The notes under the pieces: generated by a model | Databases searched by the model: none | Seen by the model: only the letters and a program-made list of their open reading frames with translations | What the model was told of the DNA's origin: nothing | From: Macrostomum lignano | Taxonomy: Eukaryota | DNA: 64,000 nucleotides | NCBI GenBank assembly: GCA_002269645.1 | Contig: NIVC01000269.1 | Location: 1 to 64,000 of the forward strand | Direction: 5' to 3' | Part shown: piece after piece, positions 35,590-56,164 of the stretch | Numbering within the stretch: position 1 is the stretch's first letter | Layout: each line of letters starts with the position of its first letter | Translations under genes and position numbers: made by a program

Positions 35590-36480
35590 AACAGACAGGG
35601 ACGCCCACCAAGAGACAGGGGCACCCATCAAGAGACAGGGACTGCACACCAAAAGACAGGGACGCCCACCAAGAGACAAAGACGCCCACCAAGAGACCCA
35701 AGAGACAGGGACGCCCACACAGAGGCAAGGGCACCCATCAAGAGAGAGGGGCACCCATCAAGAGACAGGGGCGCCCACCAAGAGACAGGGGCGCCCATCA
35801 AGAGACAGGGGCGCCCACCAATAGACAGGGGCGCCCACCAAGAGACAGGGGCGCCCACCAATAGACAGGGGCGCCCACCAAGAGACAGGGGCGCCCACCT
35901 AAGAGAGAGGGGCGCCCACCTAAGAGAGAGGGGCGCCCACCTAAGAGAGAGGGGCACCCATCAAGAGACAGGGGCGCCCACCAATAGACAGGGGCGCCCA
36001 CCAAGAGACAGGGGCGCCTACCTAAAAGACAGTGGCGCCCACCAATAGACAGGGGCGCCCACCAAGAGACAGGGGCGCCTACCTAAAAGACAGTGGCGCC
36101 CACCAATAGACAGGGGCGCCCACCAAGAGACAGGGGCGCCTACCTAAAAGACAGTGGCGCCCACCAATAGACAGGGGCGCCTACCTAAAAGACAGTGGCG
36201 CCCACCAATAGACAGGGGCGCCTACCTAAAAGACAGTGGCGCCCACCAATAGACAGGGGCGCCCACCAAGAGACAGGGGCGCCCACCTAAGAGAGAGGGG
36301 CGCCCACCTAAGAGACAGTCGGGACTGTTTTCTTTGTTGGTCCCCTGTCTCTTTGTTGGTCCCCTGTCTCTTTGTTGGTCCCCTGTCTCTTTGTTGGTCC
36401 CCTGTCTCTTTGTTGGTCCCCTGTCTCTTTGTTGGTCCCCTGTCTCTTTGTTGGTCCCCTGTCTCTTTGTTGGTGCCCCG
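35590..36480. repeat. 20-bp GC-rich minisatellite (ccaagagacaggggcgccca)n with a strand switch at ~36322
   Basis: Forward array 35590-36320, then a reverse-oriented variant (ggtcccctgtctctttgtt)n. Confidence 0.92.
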
Positions 36481-36816
36481 GCCTTACCCATGTGTCTTTG
36501 GTCTGTTTCCAGGTGCATGCCCGTCCTAGGAGTAAGAGGTTGAGCCCCATTCATTTATCCAGCTTCGTTATACGTTTTTATTTTTATTTTTGAGAAGCGA
36601 GATCAAAATTTTGAAAACCTTTTATGAACGACTTCTGAAATCGACTTCTCAAAACGACTTTTGAGAGGACACAGAGTAATGTCGCTTGCAAAAATTGGCA
36701 AAAAATGAAGTTTTAACCTCGATAATATATTTTTAATCACAGAGTGGCGAGTTGTTAAAATATTTTGGGAATGCAATGCAATGATTGTGGAGGCGCTCAT
36801 TTCAGAATCGTAACTG

Positions 36817-44886
<8,070 letters not shown>

Positions 44887-45804
44887 CTGTGGAATCGGTT
44901 TTTGTTACATTTTTTTTGTTTTTTTTGTTTTATTTGACTCGGCAGTTTTATTACGAGTAACTTTGATTTTAAATCGGCGCCACAAATTTGTTTAAACATG
45001 ATGATTTTTTGATTTGCTACCATTGACTATTAGGCTACGTGAATGCTCTTTAATCAAGACAAATAAAGTCAAACAGAACCAGCTTATCTTGAGCTATTTA
45101 CCTAGTCCAGCGCACAGAAGAACGTAGAGAAGCTTGATTAAGAAGCTTGTCAACATTTGCTTCAAATTCTTCTTTTTTATCAGTTATCTGACGAAAAGCC
45201 GTCCACCGCCGTTAGAAATTTCGTATTAGCTATTTGATATTTGAAGTTCAACAAAAAATGGCTGAAAGAAAACTTAATTGGGTCTTCTCTTCTCTCTATT
45301 TTATTGCCGAGTGCCGCGAGTGGGTCTGCTGACAATGATTTGTAGCGCTGTGCGATGGGTATGAACTCTTTCTTTCAACCTGATATAGAAGATTGCATTC
45401 CAAACAAAAGCAAGAATTTCTACCCTTTAACTGCAGCAGATTTGGAGAGAAAATTATAAAAGAATAAATTGTATTGAATATATATTATTCTCTCGTGGAC
45501 TGTGGACGTTTTACACTTTGACAGTTTGAGCCAATCAGCTTTGCTCAGCTCTGCTTTGCTCAGTGGGGTTGGGTGAAGCAGCTTCTTCGTGAGACTGGCT
45601 CTAGCTTGTGGCTCTGATTTTTTTGTTTTTCTTTCAGCACATGGAATCTACCGACGGTATGGTTAAATAAATGTACATTGGCACGAGATTGAAACTGTGA
45701 GCCAGTAAGTATTGATGCGAAAATAAAGACGCAGTAGCGTAGCGTATCACAGAAATTCTTATTGGAGGGCAGCAACTCTAAGTTGTGCCGATATTTGGTG
45801 TCTT

Positions 45805-46225
45805 GGTGGCGTCCCTGTCTCTTGGTGGGTGTCCCTGTCTCTTGGTGGGCGTCCCTGTCTCTTGGTGGGCGCTCCTGTCTCTTGGTGGGCGTCCCTGTCT
45901 CTTGGTGGGCGCTCCTGTCTCTTAGTGGGCACTCCTGTCTCTTAGTTGGCGTCCCTGTCTCTTGGTGGGCGCCCCTGTCTCTTGGTGGGCGCCCCTGTCT
46001 CTTGATGGGCGTCCCTGTCTCTTGGTGGGCGTCCCTGTCTCTTGGTGGGCGTCCCTGTCTCTTAGTGGGCGTTCCTGTCTCTTGGTGGGCGTCCCTGTCT
46101 CTTGGTGGGCGTCCCTGTCTCTTAGTGGGCGTCCCTGTCTCTTGGTGTGCCGTCCGTCTCTTGGTGTGCCGTCCCTGTCTCTTGATGGGCGTCCCTGTCT
46201 CTTGGTGGGCGCTCCTTCGTCTGTC
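45805..46225. repeat. 20-bp minisatellite (tggtgggcgtccctgtctct)n, reverse complement of the 35590 family
   Basis: Direct inspection. Confidence 0.92.
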
Positions 46226-48393
46226 TCTTAAGCCGATGTATGCCACGTCCAATCGATAGTAAAATTTTGAGTTCAGCTGCCCTGGTCGAGCTATTCTAGA
46301 CGTCAATATCACGTCTTCTGAACTTTCAATTCTGAAATGAAGCGAGCATGCAGCTTTTCAGGATCATGAAACATCAGATGCATTGCATTATGCGGCAACC
46401 TGGCATGCGAGTTTGTGGGTCTGTAGACGCCTGCAGACGATCAGGTTAAATCACGTGACGGACACTTTTTTCAACTTTTTGGCAGGCCATTTGCATCAAT
46501 CATTTGATTTTGGCTTTTTTGAATGCATCGATATCTTTAGACAGAATAAACTGCATTATTACATGTACCTCTAAAATTAGTGTTAATCACCATCTTCTAT
46601 TCTTCTAGTGGATTATCCAATTTGCACCCTCCTTTTTATTTCCGGATAAATAATGCATAAACTTTTATCGATTACAAAACCTTAGCATTTGTTTTAAACT
46701 GATATAAATCATAATGACGTCAAGACATTGAATTCTTTATTCCTAGGAACATGATTATAATGATTCTGGAGTCAGCTAGTGTTGTTTTTGCATGCGAAAA
46801 CGCGGTTAGCCCTCCAAGTAGGGCGAGAGCGCCTATTCATATATGAGCCTTAATGACTCACCAACTCATGTGCGGCCACGTTGGCATAAAGTCATAAAAG
46901 GGGGAGGAAAGTCGGGGGCGCAGAGTACCAGTAAATGAGTACAGTGAGAGAGCACTCCGCACTGCTAGGCACCCCGTTTAGCAACAAGTGAATGCAGGAC
47001 TGCGGCACGGCATGGCATGATAGGATCTTTTGCTTTTATGGTTTCGGTATCAACAGAAAGTTCGCGATCGGGCCCATAAACAAAAATAGCCCCGAGCCAA
47101 TCAGAATTGACATGTTCCGGTATAACAAATCGGCGGTTTTGGCGGTTATTTAAAATTTTTGGAACCTTTGGGGAAACTTTACGATTTCCGTCGAGTGACC
47201 CGAGTTTCCTTACATCTGAAAATTTCTCTTCAATCGGATTGCGATATCAAGTTTTATCAAGTTTCAAGCTTATAACTTTATACCACTTTCACCGGAACTG
47301 ATAGCTAATTGTCGAGAGTGGGCTGACCTCGGTTCCGAAGTTTTTATTGCTTCGTGTTGCATGTGTAAAAATATTAACATATATTCAACTATATACAATA
47401 TAATATAATAATAATATCGTTAAATTTTTCATGATATTTTAATGTTCAATTTTTGTTGAATAGGATCGATACTACTGATATTTTTGTCATACAATTTACA
47501 TGCTTTATACTCGAGTATACATAGCTAATATTGAAACTTTGAATACTGTATACCCAGTAAGTATAACGAATGTCAAAAGAGAACAAATGTGTATTCAAGT
47601 GCAGTAAACTTTCAAAAAATATGCAACTATTTTGTTTATTTATAAACTTTTTAACACGACAAAGTGACAGGCACGTCGAAAAATGGAGTAAAGTTATAAA
47701 AAATTAACAAAAAATTAAAAAATATATTTGAAGTAATATTTGTTATCACACAAAAATACAACTGCACACAATACAGGAACAAATTGCGACAGTTATTTAT
47801 AGGCACTTTTGCTTGGTTGGAAAACAACCTGAGAATGTATTCAACCAGAGATTAAAGAAATTAGATATTGAATCTTCTAAATAGTTGGCGCACACCATAA
47901 TTGTAATTGTTGTAACTTTGTTCTTTTGTTTGTATGTTAGCTGTAAGTCATTTGATAACACTTGATTTACAGCTAATGAATAACAATTCATAATAGCTAA
48001 TCATAATAATGTCTTGAATATATTAATAATTTAAAACTTGAAAAAACAGGAGTTTAATAAACTTCATGGCAGGCAGGTGAATAGTCGGCTCAGTAAAAAA
48101 ACTAATAGAAAAATTAAACAAATTGAAACTTTAATCGCGCTCTAATAAAAGGTTAGAGCACACGCAATTCTAAGAACTTGAGCATTAAAACGAAACATTT
48201 TTCCTTTGGAGGCAAGTTAAAGTTTAAACAAAGTGTATGCTACTTGCACACACTACTGGTTTCTTTCTTACAAGTAGTATCAGTAGAGTAATTTGCATTT
48301 TATAAGATTTTAAAAAATTCTACCGTTTTAAGTCGGACTAGGGCAAAATGTTAGCTGCTTTCGATAACGAAATATCAACGGCGAATCACGCTT

Positions 48394-51300
48394 TCAAACA
48401 ATTTCTGGCAGAATGAGCACTTCTTCTCTGATCTCGGCAGCCAATTTTCCAACTTTTCTTTTACGATTTGAATCTGACTTTGACACCAAAGTTGGCAATT
48501 GCTGCTGGTGATTAATTTTCTGCTTCTGCTGAAGGGACTGCTGCGGCTGCTTCTCGCCGAGGCCCATGCAATCGCAGCAGTGATTGAGCAGACTGCTCAC
48601 TTTGTCTAACATGCTGGCGCTGTCTCGGCGACTTTGGCCTCCGCCCATGCGAAAGTTCTCCGCCATTTTAAAGAAGCCTTCAGCGAATGCTTGGAAGCAG
48701 ATGCCTGTAATGGTGGGAAGCATTGGAACAATATTTGTTGTCAAAATTCAATAGGGTTACGGGAGCGGATATGATGATGCTGGGGAGAGGATGACGTTTT
48801 GAAGAGCGGATGATATTTTAGGGAGCGGATGTCAGAAAGAGAGAAAGAGCGGATAGCGTCAAAGAGAGTGGATGGTTTTAGAAAGCGATGACGTCAGATA
48901 GAGCAGATGATGTTAGGAAGCGGATGACGCCAGGAGAGCGGATGGTGTTAGGAAGCAGATGATGTCAGAGAGAGTGGATGATGTTATGGAAAGCGGATGA
49001 TGTCAGAGAGTGCAGATGATGTTATGGAGAGCGGATGACGTCAGAGAGAGCAGATGATGTTATGGAGAGCGGATGACGTCAGATAGTGAGCGGATGGTGT
49101 TAGGAAGCGGATGACGTCAGAGAGAGCGAATGGTGTTTTGAAGCGGATAAACTTCACAGTTAGCTAACCTCCAGTCGGATCCGAGCTCAGGTACTCCCAG
49201 CGCCTCTGCAAGTCAATATAGAGAATATTCGCATCGGCCATGCTGAGTCCGCACACCCGTTGGAGTGAGCACTTTCTTGCCAGGCCGCGGAACGCCGTGG
49301 CACCCAGCTTGACGCAGCCCCTACGGCCGCCGCAGGCAGTCAGGAACAGATCGGCGAGGCCCTCCAGCACGCGGAGTCGCTGAAGGTCGAAGTGTCGACC
49401 TGAACCGGGAAAAATCTCCGTCATACAACCGATGGTGCATGCGGAGTCTGCTGGCTCCGACTCGACGATGGGACCCTGATCCGGCTGCATGGGATTGATT
49501 TGATTGCGGTTTTGGCAGAGTCAAGTACTGAGTGAGGGAGCGGGGAGGCAGAGACGAGTACTGAGTGAGGGAGCGGGGAGGCAGAGTCGAGTACTGAGTG
49601 AGGGAGCGGAGAGGCAGAGACGAGTACTGAGTGAGGGAGCGGGGAGGCAGAGTCGAGTACTGAGTGAGGGAGCGGAGAGGCAGAGTCAAGTACTGAGTGA
49701 GGGAGCGGGAGGCAGAGTCGAGTACTGAGTGAGGGAGCGGAGAGGCAGAGACGAGTACTGAGTGAGGGAGCGGGGAGGCAGAGTCGAGTACTGAGTGAGG
49801 GAGCGGAGAGGCAGAGTCAAGTACTGAGTGAGGGAGCGGAGAGGCAGAGTCAAGACAAACGATTATCAAGACATTTGATAATGCTCTGACCTGTTCAGTC
49901 TCCATGTCCTGCTCCAAGTCATTCTCATTATTCGTGTCTGTTCCCGGATCTGCATCGGTCTCCATATTTTCTGTTTCATCCAATTCCAAATCGTTGGACG
50001 GCGCTGTCTGATTCTGGCGGATCTTCTCTTCAGATCGAGACGAATGAGCAGCAGGTCTACATGTAAATCGATATGGTTCGTGAATCTTCGCGCTACAATT
50101 TGTACTGAAAAAAATCATCATTAGTAGACTCACTTAGTCGCCTTTTGGTCGGTCCTCTGCAGCATCCATCGCTCAACTGTCGCTAGAGAATCTCTCACTA
50201 ATGCCTGTTTCACCTGCACGTCCACCGGGCTGATGAAGTATTCGCTCACTCCAGGAATGAGTTCAACTTCGTAGTCTAGTCTCAGACTGGGACAGCTGTT
50301 CACTTCCAGTAGTACTGGAGTCAGGTCCGATAGAATGAGAACGTCAAATCCGAGGATCTGCCGGGTTAAAGATTGATTCTTAGATAAGGGCCGGGTTAAA
50401 GTTACTTGCAGATGGTGAGATCAAAGCGATGTGCTCCAGGTCAGGCGCGTCGCCCTCCAGTAAAAGCTATGGGGTGGACATGCCAATGCTTTGTCCCCCA
50501 CCCCACGTTGTGACTCGTTGTGACAATCAATAATTTTTCTTCAGGGCGCCAAAATATAGCGCCAAAATGAGTGCCTGCGGCGCCAAAATGAGTGCCTGCG
50601 GCTCCAAACTGAGTGCCTGCGGCTCCAAACTGAGTGCCTGCGGCGCCGAAATGAGCGCTGACAACAAAATTATCAAAATAATGGAAATGCAGGAATTTAT
50701 TAATGCACACGTACATGTTGAATTCTTGTTTTAATAAAATCCATGGCGACGCCCCTGCTCCAGGTTGAGCAGTTCAGTTCAGAGCAATGTTCCAATGAGG
50801 CTCACCTGAAAACATCTTGGCGATTGTCCTACAGTGGCTCCACGCTGTCTCATATTGACCAGCAGTTCGGGTAGGACAGCCAATGTGGTCTTAACACAGA
50901 GTCGTTCGATAGAACGCCTCAGAGCCAGCACATCGCAGCTGTCACCCATGCTAGCGGCCAGCTGTCGCAGGACGCTACTAAAAGTTCTTTTACTGCCGGT
51001 CTCAGCATTGCCGTGTACAAACGCTCTCGATCGTTTATTAATCGAATAGTTAGTCAGGTGCATGAGATTGGCGCCCAGATTGTCAGCGTTCGGCGCCGCG
51101 TACTGCTGGGTGCAGAACCGGGCCAGGCCGTCCCGACAGATGAACACTCTGGGAGTCGGGTCGGCTTCCAGCAACAGGACGTACAGACGCAAATCGAATT
51201 TATAACCGTCGAGAAGCAACGGTGAGTCCAAGTAGGTTTGCACGATGTGGCTCAACGGTCGGCCTGACTGTTGCCGCGAATAGTCTGCTGCTGACCGGAT

Positions 51301-53321
51301 CAGGTAGATGCCACCGCCCTGGGCACCGGCGTCCGGTTTCACGATGTAGCACGGAGCGGGCTGTCCGGACTCTGTACCACGGTGGGGTTCATGGGTGCAC
51401 TGTGATATTTGATTCGCTAATTTTGTAGGGCTTTTTAATCACTGTCCTCTGAGAGCTCGCACAACGATACGCACGCTGGCACGCGATCACACGGGGTTTA
51501 CACATGGAAATTTTAATTAGGACGCTGCATTCGATTTTCTTAGAAATGAGCTATACGTAAGCTGTCTAACTAATAGCTGACACTCCTGTCTAACTAGCAT
51601 GGGACACTCCTGTCTAACTAGCAGGTGACACTCCTGTCTAACTAGCATGGGACACTCCTGTCTAACTAGCAGGTGACACTCCTGTCTAACTAGCAGGTGA
51701 CACTCCTGTCTAACTAGCATGGGACACTCCTGTCTAACTAGCAGGTGACACTCCTGTCTAACTAGCAGGTGACACTCCTGTCTAACTAGCATGGGACACT
51801 CCTGTCTAACTAGCAGGTGACACTCCTGTCTAACTAGCATGGGACACTCCTGTCTAACTAGCATGGGACACTCCTGTCTAACTAGCAGGTGACACTCCTG
51901 TCTAACTAGCAGGTGACACTCCTGCCTATAGCTAGCATGGGACACTCCTGTCTAACTAGCAGGTGACACTCCTGTCTAACTAGCATGGGACACTCCTATC
52001 TAACTAGCAGGTGACACTCCTGTCCAACAAGCAGGTTGGATCCATCACTAAAACAGGCCTCCTTACTAGCAGCCTCAGCATCCATCACTAAAACAGGCCT
52101 CCTTACTAGCAGCCTCAGCAGCAGCAGCCTCAGAGTACTGAGTGAATTCGGCCAGCTGGTGGGGCAAGAACCAGGTGTCCGGATAGAAGCCAAACTCCTC
52201 CGGAAATAGCCGCCTCATGGTCTCCAAGGCGCGGCTGAGGTTCACCTTATGCAGTAGGTCGCCAATCCCAGGAAATCGATTAACGCAAGAATCTTCGCCG
52301 CCTGGATTCTCAGCGTAGCTCAGTCCGTTCCAGCATATCTCGCAGGGATCTCCGCCGCCTGAGGGGCACTCGCGCCAGCCCAGCTGTTTAATTGCTAAAC
52401 GAACTACGTCCAAGTTGGTGTGCGACATCGTTGTGTCGACGCGTACAGGAGCGTCGCGGGGTTGAACGCCAAACGGCACCGCGATTCGAGCCCGGGTGAG
52501 GCGCGAATAGCGTTTTGCTTCCGCTAGTCGGTCAAGCAGCACCTGAGGGTTTTGGTTCAACTCTTGGAATGTACTTTTAAAAGGTCAATAAAGATAATTA
52601 TTAATTTGTTTCGCGTGTGTCTTAGGTGACTTGTTGCAGTCATGAAGTGGCACCCCTGCTGACACACCAAAACTGGCAACCCTGACTCATAAAATGATAC
52701 CCCTGACTCACACAAACTGGCACCCCTGACTCACACACACTGGCACCCCTGACTCACACAAACTGGCACCCCTGACTCACACAAACTGGCACCCCTGACT
52801 CACACAAACTGGCACCCCTGACTCACACAAACTGGCACCCCTGACTCACACAAACTGGCACCCCTGACTCACATAAAAGCACATCTGACTTCATAGAATG
52901 GCAACCCTGACTCACATAAAGTGACACCACCGACTCACACAAAGTGACACCCTGACTCACATCAAGTGGCACCACCGACTCACAAAAAGTGGCACCACCG
53001 ACTCACACAAAGTGGCACCCTGTCACAACCTTAATTGGCTTCTGTCACACATTAAGCAACAGTTAATTGATTCACCTGCCGGCGAAAGTCGGTGCGCTTG
53101 TACTTGCGCAGCTGGGTCGGATTAAACCGGTGACGCAGCACCTGCTGCCGCAGACGGCTCAGCTCATCTGAAGCTGACGCAATTCCGAAACTGTCGCCGA
53201 CACTGACCACCTCTGATGAGGGCAACTCCACAGATTCTAGTGGAGGCTCCTTTTCTGCGGACTTATAGTCATATATTTTACTTAATCTTTTACTTAGTAG
53301 AGCCAGTCTGTTGAACTCCAA
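48394..53321 (-). CDS. TTLL11: Tubulin polyglutamylase TTLL11-like; exons ~53321-53076, 52542-~52100, ~51399-50806, 50357-50134, 50104-49891, 49484-49169, 48704-48394; 5' end unresolved
   Basis: VNRFPG...LSRALETMRRLFPEEFGFYP.TWFLP, YIVKPDAGAQGGGIYLI, KFDLRLYVLL, MHLTNYSIN, GSKRTFSSVL, CFQ|ILGFDVL...LLEVNSCPSL, plus TTLL11-type C-terminal KLGATAFR...ILYID..RRW and ICFQAF. Most junction phases are compatible; the exon 2/3 junction is ambiguous. Confidence 0.9.
48765..49145. repeat. Degenerate ~21-bp minisatellite (gagagcggatgacgtca core)
   Basis: Direct inspection; TTLL intron. Confidence 0.85.
49515..49855. repeat. 33-bp minisatellite (gagtactgagtgagggagcggggaggcagagtc)n
   Basis: Direct inspection; TTLL intron. 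Confidence 0.93.
51570..52025. repeat. 24-bp minisatellite (gacactcctgtctaactagcaggt)n
   Basis: Direct inspection; TTLL intron. Confidence 0.95.
52650..53025. repeat. ~23-bp minisatellite (ggcacccctgactcacacaaact)n
   Basis: Direct inspection; TTLL intron. Confidence 0.9.
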
Positions 53322-55429
53322 TATAAAGATGAAAAAGCACTTTATGCAAAGGATTGCCTGTTGCTTCTAATTAGAAACAATTATATCTATAATTCAAACT
53401 AATAATATTATTAAAGAACTGATGGTAAACAAAATATAGAAATTCAAAATTTAAATGCAAAAAAGTATAAAAATGATAACTAGATCTATGGTACCCAATC
53501 GAAAATAAATAGTAAAAATATTACCCTGGGCATGCTAACTTTATACTGATATGTGCTCTACTTTAAACTGCAAAAAAAACTATATATACTATTGTATCTT
53601 CACAATAATTGCTAATCGGTTAACTATAGTGTGTGCTACAGATATTAAACTCACTACCAATGTTTCTCTTTTTAACCGCATAAAGTTCTGCTCTATTAAA
53701 TACGTGACGATAATGTTTTAGCATTTTTGATAACTATACGTAGCACAAGATAACACCACTTGAGATTGAGACTAATGGATTACAAATGAGGCCTAATCGA
53801 ATTTTAGAAATCATTATTAAATTCAAATTTTTTTGAAGATTGTTTATTAAAAAACGGAATTAATCAATTACTGTTCGAACATAGTATTCATGATTTCTTA
53901 AAAATCGAAAAAATAGCACTATAACTCTAAAATATTACTTCAGAAATTCTTATGATTCTCAAGAATGATTATTGGCACTCAAGTTTCTTTAGTTTTGAGA
54001 TATACTGGGCAAATAATCTACTTTCCAGCATGTGGCTAGGCCCCTACCACGATCATCTTAACAGCTTGTCGCCTGCGCCCTGTGGCCTGTCACCTAGCTG
54101 TGCGTGGTTGGTGATTCACAAAAGCAATAATATACAAAGTTTTTCGTAAAAAGAAAATTCCTTTTACAATGTTGAATATATGCTCGCTTCTCCAGTTGCA
54201 CGGTACAACAAATACTAATATAGAGCCTCTAAAATATACAAAAAAATAAATATATAAATATAACAATCATGTAGGAAGCTCAAAATAATATATATCTTTC
54301 TGTGATAGTCGTTTTAAAAAACTTGCTTTGACGAAAACACGCGGTTTTAAACTTTTTTTAAACATCGCTGCAAACTTTAAAATATCTCGTGCAATAATGT
54401 GTTGATCAACATTAAGCCAGCTGAAGGAAGTACTTCTTACAGCAACACTGGTGGCTTCAGACATTGGCTAGGGCCTAATCTCTTATTCAATATGGCAATA
54501 TATCAATATATTAGTATGACATTTTAATATTCATTGGATGCATAAATAATTATTGGCTTTTATTCGTGGTATAGCCATAGCATAGGTCCATAGCATAGGC
54601 CGCATAGCATAGCCGCATAGCATAGGCATAGCAAAAAAGATAAAAAGCAAAAAACTATTCATGGAAATGAAGTTTACTACAGTATAGATTGAAGCCATTT
54701 AAATTGAAAATTTGCAGTTGAAAAATGGCAACAGAATTTGAAAAAAGAAAAATAGACATCAAGTTACTAATGCTTCTTTCTTAAGAAAGGAAAATTAACC
54801 TCCAGCATATGCCATTTTTTGCTGTTTTTTCTAAGCTGCATATTTTAATTCTTTTAGCAATACCATAAGTATATGTAAGTCAGTTATTTTTTTATTTCTT
54901 ATAAATGCATGAGCTAATTAATTAAAGTTCTGCAACTAGTGTACTAACACCAAATATTTTTAATGAATTACTAGAATACTAGTTGGTTATCTGCAAAAAT
55001 ATCATTTGAACACAATTATAGTTTTGGTCTAATTATTAGCAAAATATATGTTCTATAAAGTTTTAAACTATTATTATTAATCAATTTCTAATAACTTTCA
55101 AAAGGATTTCTAGTTATAGAGATTTGATGCCAAAAACATATTACAAAGTAGGCCTAGATTGCAATTTTATTATGACATAAGTTCATTTTTGTCAACTAGA
55201 CCCTATATATTATTTTAGATATTTTATTTTATTTTTAATATTTTATTTATTTTACTTAACTTCTTAAGCTTGAGGCTTCCTATAAATAAAAAAAGCAAAA
55301 TTTGCATTAACCTTTCATTTATAGACTGATTGATAAATAATATAACTTTTATAATAGTATAAAATTTAATATAGGCCTAACTATTTTTTGCTTTTATTTG
55401 ATTGTTAATTTAAGTTTTTTATATATGGA

Positions 55430-55790
55430 TTTTTTTATTAGAGGCAGGGAGGTTATGTGCACCTTGGCACACTTTAAGCGACATAGGCATGCAACCGGCA
55501 AGAGGCATTATTGCCCATTCCACCAACTCCCCTGAGCAGGCACACAAGCACGCGGATACATATGCAAGTACACACTCACACAGGAGTATACAGCGGCCCT
55601 AACCTTATTTTATTGCTAGGCATGTACACTCTACTATGCTTTAGGTAGTTGGCTCTCAAGGCCATTAATTGCATGAGCAGAGCCAAGCCGAGATTCCAAT
55701 TCAGCCCCAAATTAATGTGACTGCACTTGGAATCGAGCCTGGGTCGCTGGCATACCAGAGCCTGCACTAGACTGATGGGCTACAGCCCCC
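55430..55790 (-). mobile_element. tRNA-derived SINE, older diverged full-length copy
   Basis: Colinear with the 27799 copy with many transitions; head ggggctgtagcccatcagtctag retained. Confidence 0.85.
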
Positions 55791-56164
55791 TGATTTATAT
55801 ATAGAATATAGTCTTTTATTCTACATATAATTAAACTTAAAATTTTCTAAACTTCATGTATAAAGAAATATTTTTTAGATTTTTAGATTTTTATAAAATT
55901 AATAGTTTCTTATTGTGTATATAATAAAAAAATCTTGAAAAATAATAATTTAACAGTTAATTGTTTTTTTAATTGTTTAATTAGTTTTATTTAAAGTTGC
56001 TACTGCATACTTAAAATAAATTCTAAGTTTTTTATTTAAATATTAGCTTACAATCTAATTTATTGTCTTGCATACTTACTTATATACTTATATTGATTTT
56101 TTACCTTTAAATTTTTAATTAACTTGTTGTATGCTTAAAATATAAGACAAAATATTTTTTTTTC

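Noticed and set aside
45620-45665. Plus-strand micro-exon (ttttctttcag CACATGGAATCTACCGACG gtatgg)
   Set aside because: Good-looking splice signals, but no partner exons or gene on that strand could be identified.
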